DNA of 16,000 bases from Actinobacillus indolicus (GTDB lineage Bacteria; Pseudomonadota; Gammaproteobacteria; Enterobacterales; Pasteurellaceae): NCBI GenBank assembly GCA_901764975.1, contig CABFKH010000001.1; one strand, written 5' to 3'. This document shows positions 7,584 through 15,314 of this stretch, one piece after another (position 1 is the stretch's first letter; the number at the start of each line of letters is the position of its first letter). A program made the translations under genes and the position numbers. The notes beneath the pieces were generated by a model that did not search any database, was not told the origin of the DNA, and saw only the letters and a program-made list of their open reading frames with translations.

Positions 7584-9137
7584 TTAAATACGACTTCGAT
7601 GTTCCACTCGAATATGGGTATGTTCTACCCCTTCCTGATGTTCGTAATCATATTTGAAACCACGTAATTTCACTTGAATGTTATTTTCTTGGGCATAAAC
7701 ATTGGTGAAATCTTCAAGTAGTTCTAAAACATCACTCGCAATATATAACGCTTTTTCTGCATTGATGGTGACTTTGGAGTTTGGTTGAATGTTCTTTAAG
7801 GTTTTCTTAATTGCCGCTTTATTCAAGAAAGAGACTTCTTCGCCTAATTCTAAAACGATTTCATCGGCTTCACTTAATTCTTCACGGCTTAAATAGTAAG
7901 CGCGTTTCATATTGCCGTGGAGAATAAAGAGAATACTGATGACTAAACCGATCCCAACCCCTTTTAATAAATCCAAAAAGACAACGGCAACCATTGTTGC
8001 AACAAAAGGAATAAATTGATAAATGCCTTTGTGCCAGAAATGTTTGTAATGTTTTGGATGGGTTAATTTAAAGCCAATTAGAATTAACACTGCTGCCAAA
8101 GTCGCAAGAGGAATTTGATTTAATAGCGTTGGGATAGAGATGACACAGATCAGCAATAAAATACCGTGAATAACGGCAGAGATTTTATGGGTTGCACCTG
8201 CACTTGCATTGGCTGATGAACGCACAATCACGGAAGTCATTGGCAATGCCCCAATACAAGAAGCAAGAATATTGGCAAAGCCTTGCACACGCAGTTCATG
8301 ATTATTATCAGTAATTCTACGGTGCACATCTAAACGATCGGCAGCTTCAATGGAAAGTAGTGTTTCGACGGAAGCGACAACCGCAATCGTAATCCCAGTT
8401 ACCCAAACGACACTGTTGGTAAATCCTGAAAAATTCGGACAACGAATTAAACTTTCTGCTTCTTCTAAAGAATGGGGAATTGGCAGTTGAACAAGCTGTG
8501 AATTTGGAATGGCTAAAGGCAAATTAAAATAAACAAAAAGGTTATTCAACAAAATGCCAACGATAACAGCAACAAGGGCTGACGGAAGTAACTTTATTTT
8601 TTTGAGTTTAGGGTGGTGATCCCAACCAATCATAATGGCGAGAGAAATGAGTGCGATAAGTAAAGAACCAACATGAATTTGGCTACTTTCGATTAATGCC
8701 AATAATGACTCATTACTTCCTAGAGCGTAAGGTAGCTGCTTAAGGATAATAAGCACCCCAATTCCAGCAAGCATACCTTCAATCACCGCAACAGGAATAT
8801 AGTTTGTAATACTTCCTGCCCGTACAAAACCAAGGATAAACTGAACAACACCTGCAATTAACCCAGCACAGAGAAAGAGTTCAAAAGAACCTAGTTCTGT
8901 AATTGCTGCCAATACAATAGCAGCAAGCCCAGCAGCTGGACCTGAAACACTGATGTGTGATGTACTAAATGCACCAATAACGATTCCACCGACAATCCCA
9001 GAAAGAATACCCGCAAGCGGTGGTGCGCCTGATGCTAAAGCAATCCCTAAACAGAGCGGTAATGCTACTAAAAAAACAACTAAACCTGATGAAAAATTTT
9101 GTTTAAGCAACTTCCCTATACTTTGATTGATGATCAT
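7584..9137 (-). CDS. SulP family inorganic anion transporter with C-terminal STAS domain
   Basis: Multi-TM protein with SulP-type N-terminal motifs (GLVVFLVALPLCLGIALASGAPPLAGI, VSGPAAGLAAIV). The soluble C-terminal ~110 aa are STAS-like (EIVLELGEEVSFLNKAAIKKTL...). The ORF track begins at GTG 9146. I prefer ATG 9137 (MIINQS...). Confidence 0.85.
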   Translation of the reverse strand: MIINQSIGKLLKQNFSSGLVVFLVALPLCLGIALASGAPPLAGILSGIVGGIVIGAFSTSHISVSGPAAGLAAIVLAAITELGSFELFLCAGLIAGVVQFILGFVRAGSITNYIPVAVIEGMLAGIGVLIILKQLPYALGSNESLLALIESSQIHVGSLLIALISLAIMIGWDHHPKLKKIKLLPSALVAVIVGILLNNLFVYFNLPLAIPNSQLVQLPIPHSLEEAESLIRCPNFSGFTNSVVWVTGITIAVVASVETLLSIEAADRLDVHRRITDNNHELRVQGFANILASCIGALPMTSVIVRSSANASAGATHKISAVIHGILLLICVISIPTLLNQIPLATLAAVLILIGFKLTHPKHYKHFWHKGIYQFIPFVATMVAVVFLDLLKGVGIGLVISILFILHGNMKRAYYLSREELSEADEIVLELGEEVSFLNKAAIKKTLKNIQPNSKVTINAEKALYIASDVLELLEDFTNVYAQENNIQVKLRGFKYDYEHQEGVEHTHIRVEHRSRI

Positions 9138-9233
9138 ACAACACACCCAATAATAAAAAATTCTGCTTGTTATTCTATGCGCTTTTTCATTGAGAAAATT
9201 TGGCTTAAATCATAATTCTTTCATTCATTAAAA

Positions 9234-11183
9234 TTATTCTGCAAGCAACATCTCTTTTAATCCACTTTGGCGCTGGATATTGGCTTTTACCGCTTGCTTC
9301 CAGGTCTTTTCATCACCAAAGAGCGTGAATTGAGATTTTGCTCTGGTAATTGCCGTATAAACGAGTTCTTTGGTTAATACGGGGGATGTATTTAGTGGCA
9401 TTACTAAGAGCGTATGCGCAAACTCTGAACCTTGGGATTTGTGTACCGTCATAATATAAGCTGGCTCATAATCTGGTAAACGGCTCGGCAATATGTCGAG
9501 ATGTTGCCCATTCTGCTGTGTTTCAAAATAGATACGCAGTGTACCTGATTCATCTGGCAACATTAAGCCAATATCGCCACTAAAAATATGTAAATGTGGC
9601 ACATTTTCCGTAATGAGAATGGGTTTGCCAATGTAGCTCTCTCGGCTATGTTTAAAGTGGATATAACCTGCTTGTTGTAAGGCTTCTGCAATACGTTGAT
9701 TTAATTGCTCAACACCAAGTTCACTGATACGTAATGCAGATAGGAAGCGAACTTTCTGAAAAGCGTCAAAAATATCACTAACGGATACCGCTTCGGGAGA
9801 ATGCGTACGAACTTTTACTTTTTGTAAATAATCTTGATAGAGCTCAACGGCTTTGGTTGTGATCATATTGACACAGTGCTGAATCCATTGGGATTTTTCA
9901 GCAAATTCTGTCGGACTTGGGTACGTAAACAGTTTAAGATCGGTATATTCTGGATTTGCAAAAATTTGCCAAGATCTGACCGCTTGTTGTTCGTTGACCT
10001 GTGCTGCAAGCTGTCCAATACCTGAATGTGCATTGAAACGATAGCTATGACTTAAGTGACAAAGTGAATCACAGATGGTTGGAACCTTCGGTTTTTTGGG
10101 TGATTGGGAGTAGCCTGTTACTTGTTCAAGATAATGACAATGCTCGGCACTATAACCACGATTGATTAGCTCTCCAAGTTCCCCCATAGAATTTCCCGCT
10201 TCCACAGAAGCAAGCTGATCTTTATCTCCAAGCATCACTACTTTTGTATTGGGTCTCAGGGCATTAAAGAGCTTTTCCATCACAAAAATATCGATCATGG
10301 ACGCTTCATCGACCACTAACAGATCTAAATGTAGTGGATTATTCACATGATAAAGGGGTAAATCCTGATTCGGTTTTATCCCAATCAGCGAGTGAATGGT
10401 AGAGGCTTGTGTTGGAATATTGGCTTTTAACTGTATTGGCAAGTCAAGGTTAAGCAGGCTTTGCGTAATTGACTCTTTTAAACGTGCAGCTGCTTTTCCT
10501 GTCGGTGCTGCAAGCGCAATTTTTAATGGGGGTAACTGCTGTTTGAGTTGCTTAAGTTGCAGTGCAGCAAGCAAGATCGCCACTGTTCTGGTTTTCCCTG
10601 TTCCCGGTCCACCTGAAATCAGGCTGAAATTTTTATTCAATGCCGTGGCAACGGCGATTTTTTGCCAATCAGTATTCTCTTGATGAGTAAAAAATTGATC
10701 GAGAATCTGCTTATCTAATTCAACATTTGCATTTTGTGGCACAGAACTGACCGCTTGTTTTAACAAATAAGCGATACGATTTTCGGCTTGCCAATAACGA
10801 TAAAAATAGAGTCGTTGATTATGAAAGAGCAAAGGGGCAACCTGTGCAGAATCATGACTAAATGCGACATGGTTTTGTAATACTTGTTGCCATTCAAGCG
10901 GTGAGATTCCTTCAATTTTTTGCAAAATCTCTTGATAGAATGGACGACTTAAATTTTTGCCCTGTAAGCCAAAAGGGTTATTTGCCAAAGTAGAATCTAA
11001 ACGAATACAGCTATGACCTTTCATCACACTATCTGAAACTAAAGCACTTAATAAAATCGCAAGATTTTGTTGTAACGGTGTGTAATCGTAAGATTGTTGC
11101 TGACGATCAATCATTTTGGCAAATTGGTAATTTAATTCAGAAATAATGTTTTCTGTTTTTAAATCGTGGAGTAGGGCTAACAT
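9234..11183 (-). CDS. recD: Exodeoxyribonuclease V alpha subunit (RecD)
   Basis: Walker A ISGGPGTGKTRT, then LAAPTGKAAARL, VVDEASMID, LGDKDQLASVEAG, SYRF...GIGQLA, MTVHKSQGSEF and VYTAITRA. Colinear with recalled E. coli RecD, including the N-terminus (LNYQFA vs LDVQFA). The track start (GTG 11234) sits inside the pykA terminator stem, so I prefer ATG 11183 (MLALLHDLK). Confidence 0.9.
   Translation of the reverse strand: MLALLHDLKTENIISELNYQFAKMIDRQQQSYDYTPLQQNLAILLSALVSDSVMKGHSCIRLDSTLANNPFGLQGKNLSRPFYQEILQKIEGISPLEWQQVLQNHVAFSHDSAQVAPLLFHNQRLYFYRYWQAENRIAYLLKQAVSSVPQNANVELDKQILDQFFTHQENTDWQKIAVATALNKNFSLISGGPGTGKTRTVAILLAALQLKQLKQQLPPLKIALAAPTGKAAARLKESITQSLLNLDLPIQLKANIPTQASTIHSLIGIKPNQDLPLYHVNNPLHLDLLVVDEASMIDIFVMEKLFNALRPNTKVVMLGDKDQLASVEAGNSMGELGELINRGYSAEHCHYLEQVTGYSQSPKKPKVPTICDSLCHLSHSYRFNAHSGIGQLAAQVNEQQAVRSWQIFANPEYTDLKLFTYPSPTEFAEKSQWIQHCVNMITTKAVELYQDYLQKVKVRTHSPEAVSVSDIFDAFQKVRFLSALRISELGVEQLNQRIAEALQQAGYIHFKHSRESYIGKPILITENVPHLHIFSGDIGLMLPDESGTLRIYFETQQNGQHLDILPSRLPDYEPAYIMTVHKSQGSEFAHTLLVMPLNTSPVLTKELVYTAITRAKSQFTLFGDEKTWKQAVKANIQRQSGLKEMLLAE
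9978..9987 (-). repeat. Apl-type DNA uptake signal sequence (ACAAGCGGTC)
   Basis: GACCGCTTGT on the + strand. Inside recD, read as QAVRS. Confidence 0.75.
10749..10758 (-). repeat. Apl-type DNA uptake signal sequence (ACAAGCGGTC)
   Basis: GACCGCTTGT on the + strand. The extended ACAAGCGGTCAGTTCTGTGC (20 nt) is identical to the copy at 13048. Confidence 0.75.
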
Positions 11184-11223
11184 AGACAAAATAACGATAG
11201 GAAATGAATGTCGAAAGTATATA

Positions 11224-11253
11224 AAAAAATCCACGCATTTGCGTGGATTTTTT
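11224..11253 (-). terminator. Rho-independent terminator downstream of pykA
   Basis: CCACGC (11231-11236) / GCGTGG (11241-11246) stem with a 4-nt loop, extended by A/T pairs. On the - strand it is followed by T7. It begins 15 nt after the pykA stop. Confidence 0.7.
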
Positions 11254-11267
11254 ATCGTCCCAGTAGA

Positions 11268-12707
11268 TTATTCTACACGTAAGATACGGCAAGTATTTGT
11301 ACCGCCTTCTTTTAACTCATCACCGTGAGTTAAAAGCACTAAGTCACCTGATACTAAGTAGCCTTGTTCTTTTAATAGTGCAAGGGCTTTTTTCGCACCT
11401 TCAATAGTGCGACTGTCTTGGTCATAGTGAACTGGTGTCACACCACGGTATAATGCACAGCGATTTAATGCTTGCTCGTTACGAGAAAGTGCGTAGATTG
11501 GTAAACCAGAGCTGATACGGCTCATTAATTTTGCTGTTTCGCCAGAGTTAGTTAAAGCGATAATTGCAGAAACGCCTTCTAAGTGGTTTGCGGTATACAT
11601 TGCAGACATTGCTGTTGCTTCATCAATGCTTTCGAATTTACCTTCCATACGGTGGCGTGAAACATTGATGCTTGGCATTGTTTCAGCACCTAAACATACT
11701 TCTGCCATTGATTTTACTGTTTCAACAGGGTAGTCACCGTTTGCTGTTTCACCTGAAAGCATTACTGCGTCAGTACCATCTAATACTGCGTTTGCTACGT
11801 CCATTACTTCTGCACGGGTTGGCATTGGTTTTTTGATCATTGATTCCATCATTTGTGTTGCAGTAATTACAACACGGTTCAATTTGCGTGAACGACGGAT
11901 AAGTTTTTTCTGTACGCCAACTAATGCAGCATCACCGATTTCAACACCTAAGTCACCACGTGCAACCATGATAACGTCTGCACCTAAAATGATGTCGTTC
12001 ATTGCTTCTTCAGTAGCTACTGTTTCAGCACGTTCTACTTTAGCCACGATTTTGGTCTCTAAGCCCGCTTCTTTTGCTAATTGACGAGCATAGTTTAAAT
12101 CTGCACTTGATTGTGGGAAAGATACCGCTAGGTAATCCACACCGATTTTTGCAGCTAATTTGATGTCTTCTTTATCTTTGTCTGTTAAGGCTGGTGCAGA
12201 TAAACCACCGCCTAATTTGTTGATACCTTTGTTGTTTGATAATGGACCGCCCACGATAACTTCAGTAAATACTTTCGCTCCATCAATAGAAAGCACTTTT
12301 AATTGAACGTTACCGTCATCTAATAAAAGAATATCGCCTGGAACTACATCGTTTGGAAGGTTTTTATAGTCTAAACCAACCGCGTCTTGGTGACCTTCAC
12401 CTTTTGGTAATTCTGCATCTAATGTAAATTTATCGCCGATATTTAAGAAAATTTTACCTTCTTTAAAGGTAGAAACACGGATTTTAGGGCCTTGTAAGTC
12501 ACCTAAAATCGCCACGTGTTTGCCTAAACGTTTTGCAATTTCACGTACTTTTTCAGCACGACCAATATGATCTTCTGGCACACCGTGTGAGAAGTTCATA
12601 CGAACCATATTTGCACCGGCGGCAATGATTTTTTCAAGCGTATTGCCACGATCGGTTGCTGGACCCATGGTACAAACGATTTTGGTTCTTCTTAGTTTAC
12701 GAGACAT
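11268..12707 (-). CDS. pykA: Pyruvate kinase II (AMP-activated type)
   Basis: [19 protein letters not shown]...[10 protein letters not shown]...[11 protein letters not shown]...[12 protein letters not shown]...TQMMESM is colinear with recalled E. coli PykA (MSRRLRRTKIVTTLGPATD...) through to the C-terminal RILTVE/RILRVE. The ATG at 12707 has a strong AGGAGA SD. The 74-aa N-terminal extension in the ORF track (to 12929) overlaps sixA and looks spurious. Confidence 0.95.
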   Translation of the reverse strand: MSRKLRRTKIVCTMGPATDRGNTLEKIIAAGANMVRMNFSHGVPEDHIGRAEKVREIAKRLGKHVAILGDLQGPKIRVSTFKEGKIFLNIGDKFTLDAELPKGEGHQDAVGLDYKNLPNDVVPGDILLLDDGNVQLKVLSIDGAKVFTEVIVGGPLSNNKGINKLGGGLSAPALTDKDKEDIKLAAKIGVDYLAVSFPQSSADLNYARQLAKEAGLETKIVAKVERAETVATEEAMNDIILGADVIMVARGDLGVEIGDAALVGVQKKLIRRSRKLNRVVITATQMMESMIKKPMPTRAEVMDVANAVLDGTDAVMLSGETANGDYPVETVKSMAEVCLGAETMPSINVSRHRMEGKFESIDEATAMSAMYTANHLEGVSAIIALTNSGETAKLMSRISSGLPIYALSRNEQALNRCALYRGVTPVHYDQDSRTIEGAKKALALLKEQGYLVSGDLVLLTHGDELKEGGTNTCRILRVE

Positions 12708-12756
12708 GCTTAATTTTCTCCTGATTGAATTGTATAAATAATGAAATCTTTGATCA

Positions 12757-12792
12757 CGTTGCTTGCAACGATAAAAAACGCCGTGCATTATA
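12757..12792. promoter_or_regulatory. Candidate divergent pykA/sixA promoter region with overlapping -10 hexamers and a small palindrome
   Basis: + strand: TTGCAA (12763-12768), a 17-nt spacer, then CATTAT (12786-12791), pointing at sixA. - strand: perfect TATAAT (complement of 12787-12792) with TTTAAA 17 nt upstream, pointing at pykA. CGTTGC-TT-GCAACG palindrome at 12757-12770. Pattern only. Confidence 0.3.
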
Positions 12793-12835
12793 CGCCCAAA
12801 AATGTTGAGTTTAAATAACGAATAGGAGATAACCG

Positions 12836-13321
12836 ATGAATATTTGGGTAATGCGTCATGGTGAAGCGAGTTTTCATGCAAAAACTGACAATGAAAGACC
12901 CTTAACAGAAAAAGGGGAACAAATGGCATTTGAGCAAGGAACGAAATTAGGAAATGTATTTAATAATCAACAGGTTAAGTTAGATAAGATTCTGGTAAGC
13001 CCTTACCTTAGAGCGCAACAAACGCTAGAAAATGTATTGAAGGGAATACAAGCGGTCAGTTCTGTGCAAAGTTTTGCAAATATTCAAGAAACTTGGGATG
13101 GTATTACACCATCAGGAGATCCTGATGTGGTGATGGATTATTTACATTTCTTACGGGAAGAAGGGGCAAAAAATGTGCTGATTATTTCGCATTTACCCCT
13201 TGTCTTTGATTTAGTGTATGCGCTTACAAAGCAGAATGTGAATTTTTATCCTTCAGTTATCGCTGAAATGAAATGGCAAAATGTCCAAGGAGAACTCGTA
13301 CAAATTATTTCTTATCAGTAA
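12836..13321 (+). CDS. sixA: Phosphohistidine phosphatase SixA
   Basis: N-terminal RHG catalytic motif (IWVMRHGEA), plus [10 protein letters not shown] and ISHLPLV. Size of 161 aa and motif order match recalled E. coli SixA. AGGAGA SD 6 nt upstream. Confidence 0.88.
   Translation: MNIWVMRHGEASFHAKTDNERPLTEKGEQMAFEQGTKLGNVFNNQQVKLDKILVSPYLRAQQTLENVLKGIQAVSSVQSFANIQETWDGITPSGDPDVVMDYLHFLREEGAKNVLIISHLPLVFDLVYALTKQNVNFYPSVIAEMKWQNVQGELVQIISYQ
13048..13057 (+). repeat. Apl-type DNA uptake signal sequence (ACAAGCGGTC)
   Basis: Exact 10-mer inside sixA, read as QAVSS. Confidence 0.75.
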
Positions 13322-13435
13322 ACAGTTAATTCAAAAAATGAGTGTTTATTTTATTTCTACTGGGTTTACAATGCGCATACAAGATGATGTTGATTTATCA
13401 ACAAATATTAACTCACAGATTGAGGATAGATACTT

Positions 13436-14125
13436 ATGTTATATATTAGAAAAGCAAATGAACGTGGGCACGCTAACCACGGTTGGCTAGATAGCTACCA
13501 TACTTTTTCCTTCGCAAGTTACTACGACCCTAAGTTTATGGGATTTTCCGACTTACGTGTTATTAATGAAGATCGTGTGAAAGCAGGTTTTGGATTTGGA
13601 ACTCACCCGCATAATAATATAGAAATTCTTTCCTACGTATTAGAAGGCACCATCGCCCATAAAGACAGTATGGGCAATGTAGAAGAACTTAAAGCAGGCG
13701 AGTTTCAGATTATGTCTGCGGGTACGGGATTAACACATTCAGAATACAACCCGAGTGATGTGGAAAATTTACATTTTTATCAAATTTGGATTGAGCCTAA
13801 TGAGAGAAATATTGAGCCACGTTACGATCAAAAAGCATTTGAAGCTAAAAAAGGCGCAACCCTGATTCTTTCTCCAACCGCAGAAGATGGCTCTTTTAAA
13901 GTCTATCAAGATATGAAATTATGGCGTTATCAGTTAGATGCAAATAAAACTGAACAACTATCTTTAGACAGTAAGCGAAATTATTGGTTACAAGTGGTAA
14001 AAGGTGATTTTTCAATTAATGGTAGCCAAGTCTTTACAAGCGATGGAATTGCATTGAGTCAAGAAGATGTAGCCTTCATTGAAACTACAATGGATGTTGA
14101 GTTTTTATTATTTGATCTTGCTTAA
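13436..14125 (+). CDS. yhhW: Pirin-family quercetin 2,3-dioxygenase (YhhW-like)
   Basis: [44 protein letters not shown] is almost superimposable on recalled E. coli YhhW ([37 protein letters not shown]). Cupin metal ligands are THPH and THSE. GAGGAT SD upstream. Confidence 0.92.
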   Translation: [229 protein letters not shown]

Positions 14126-14157
14126 TTTAATAAAAGTGACATAGGGATTTTATATAG

Positions 14158-14193
14158 ATGAGCAAAGGACGTTTTCTTTGCTCATTTTTCTTT
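14158..14193 (+). terminator. Rho-independent terminator downstream of yhhW
   Basis: ATGAGCAAAG (14158-14167) / CTTTGCTCAT (14176-14185) 10-bp stem with an 8-nt loop, followed by TTTTTCTTT. Confidence 0.75.
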
Positions 14194-14305
14194 CTTAAGG
14201 GTAAAAAAATTACGGCTACTGGCTAATACAAGCGGGTAGTTTTTATTAAAACTTTACAAGTTTAGGAATTAATTTGTAATAATTTTCTTTATATGGGATA
14301 AAAAT

Positions 14306-15211
14306 ATGAGCGTAGATAAAATTTTGGCAAAAACAAAAGATGTTGGCGGTATTCCTGTGGCTCGCTTATTACCACAACCACAACGTAGAACAGTGGGAGC
14401 TTGGTGTTTCTTAGATCACTCAGGTCCAGCGGAGTTTGAAGAAGATTCATTAGGTATGCAGGTTGGTTTGCATCCACATACGAATTTGCAGACATTCACT
14501 TGGATGTTAAAAGGCGAAGTTTGGCACCAAGATAGCTTAGGAAGTCGCCAATTAATTAAGCCGAAACAAGTCAATTTAATGACAGCGGGAACAGGGTCAA
14601 AATATGGAATTAGCCATACGGAACAAACACCTGAAGGTATCCACGATTTACACGCAGTGCAACTTTGGATTGCTTTGCCAATGAATCAAGAGATTAAACC
14701 GAACTTTGAACATTATCCTGAACTGCCAGAATGGCACGAAAATGGCATTAACTATATTTTAACCACAGGCAGTTATTTAGGCAGAAAAGCTCCGACAACG
14801 CAATTTAGCCAACTCGTTGGTGTGGATATGCAATTTAAGCAAGCTCAAACATTTGACATTGAAACTGTACCTACTTTTGAATACGGTATTTTGGTCTTAA
14901 AAGGTGAAGTCAAGGTGAATGGCGAGAGTTATCAAGCCGATGAACTTGCGGTGTTATTTGATTGCCAAAATGCAACGGGTGAATTAGAACTTTGGGCGGC
15001 AGAAGGAACGCATATTATGTTACTTGGCGGAGAACCACTGCCACATCCAACAGTCATTTGGTGGAACTTTGTTGCTGATAGCGTAGACGCGTTAGAAGAA
15101 GCAGTAAACGATTGGAATAACGGGCATTCTCGCTTTGGTGATATTAATTTGGAAGGAACGGTATTAAAACGTTTACCTGCACCATCTGTTCCTAAGAAAT
15201 TAAAGGTTTAG
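14306..15211 (+). CDS. Pirin family protein (long, two-domain ~300-aa type)
   Basis: Bicupin pirin pattern: GIPVARLLP, then the metal-site motifs GLHPH and ISHTE, then a second cupin-like C-terminal half (GILVLKGEVKVNGE). Distinct in length and sequence from the upstream YhhW paralogue. Confidence 0.85.
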   Translation: MSVDKILAKTKDVGGIPVARLLPQPQRRTVGAWCFLDHSGPAEFEEDSLGMQVGLHPHTNLQTFTWMLKGEVWHQDSLGSRQLIKPKQVNLMTAGTGSKYGISHTEQTPEGIHDLHAVQLWIALPMNQEIKPNFEHYPELPEWHENGINYILTTGSYLGRKAPTTQFSQLVGVDMQFKQAQTFDIETVPTFEYGILVLKGEVKVNGESYQADELAVLFDCQNATGELELWAAEGTHIMLLGGEPLPHPTVIWWNFVADSVDALEEAVNDWNNGHSRFGDINLEGTVLKRLPAPSVPKKLKV

Positions 15212-15314
15212 ATTGTTTTATCTAAATAACTCGGAGATAAGCTAGTCAATGATTGTTATGGCTTTTTGTCTATTCACAAGGATGCGAATCCTATTATTTT
15301 TTTGAGGTAAAAAT

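Noticed and set aside
367-9076. Homopolymeric A/T runs of 7 (for example 367-373, about 7296-7302, about 8595-8601 and 9070-9076), considered as possible phase-variation tracts.
   Set aside because: Runs of this length are expected in an AT-rich genome and lie in conserved housekeeping genes. There are no long tracts or tetranucleotide repeats typical of Pasteurellaceae contingency loci.
11184-11234. A GTG-initiated 17-codon extension of recD (MDFFIYFRHSFPIVILS).
   Set aside because: The GTG lies inside the stem of the pykA terminator. E. coli RecD aligns from the internal ATG at 11183.
12708-12929. A 74-codon N-terminal extension of the pykA ORF in the track ([12 protein letters not shown]...), overlapping the sixA start on the opposite strand.
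   Set aside because: The orthologue-matching start [11 protein letters not shown] at 12707 has a strong AGGAGA SD. The extension has no homology, runs through the divergent promoter region and overlaps sixA.
14158-14226. A 22-codon ORF (MSKGRFLCSFFFLKGKKITATG) starting at 14158.
   Set aside because: It coincides exactly with the yhhW terminator hairpin and T-run and has no SD, so it is almost certainly non-coding.
1360-15211. Other short antisense or out-of-frame ORFs in the track: 1360-1560, 1671-1856, 3433-3615, 4299-4502, 4698-4910, 5121-5309, 5376-5624, 6081-6266, 9834-10025, 10396-10683, 11146-11328, 11833-12084, 13281-13490 and 14289-14495.
   Set aside because: Each is fully nested in or overlaps a strongly supported homologous CDS. 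They have odd composition, no ribosome-binding site and no recognisable motifs.
15279-15303. A hairpin AGGAT-GCGA-ATCCT followed by ATTATTTTTTT, between the long pirin gene and the kef gene.
   Set aside because: The stem is only 5 bp and AT-rich at the edges. That is too weak to call a terminator with confidence, so I mention it only as context in the pirin-kef finding.
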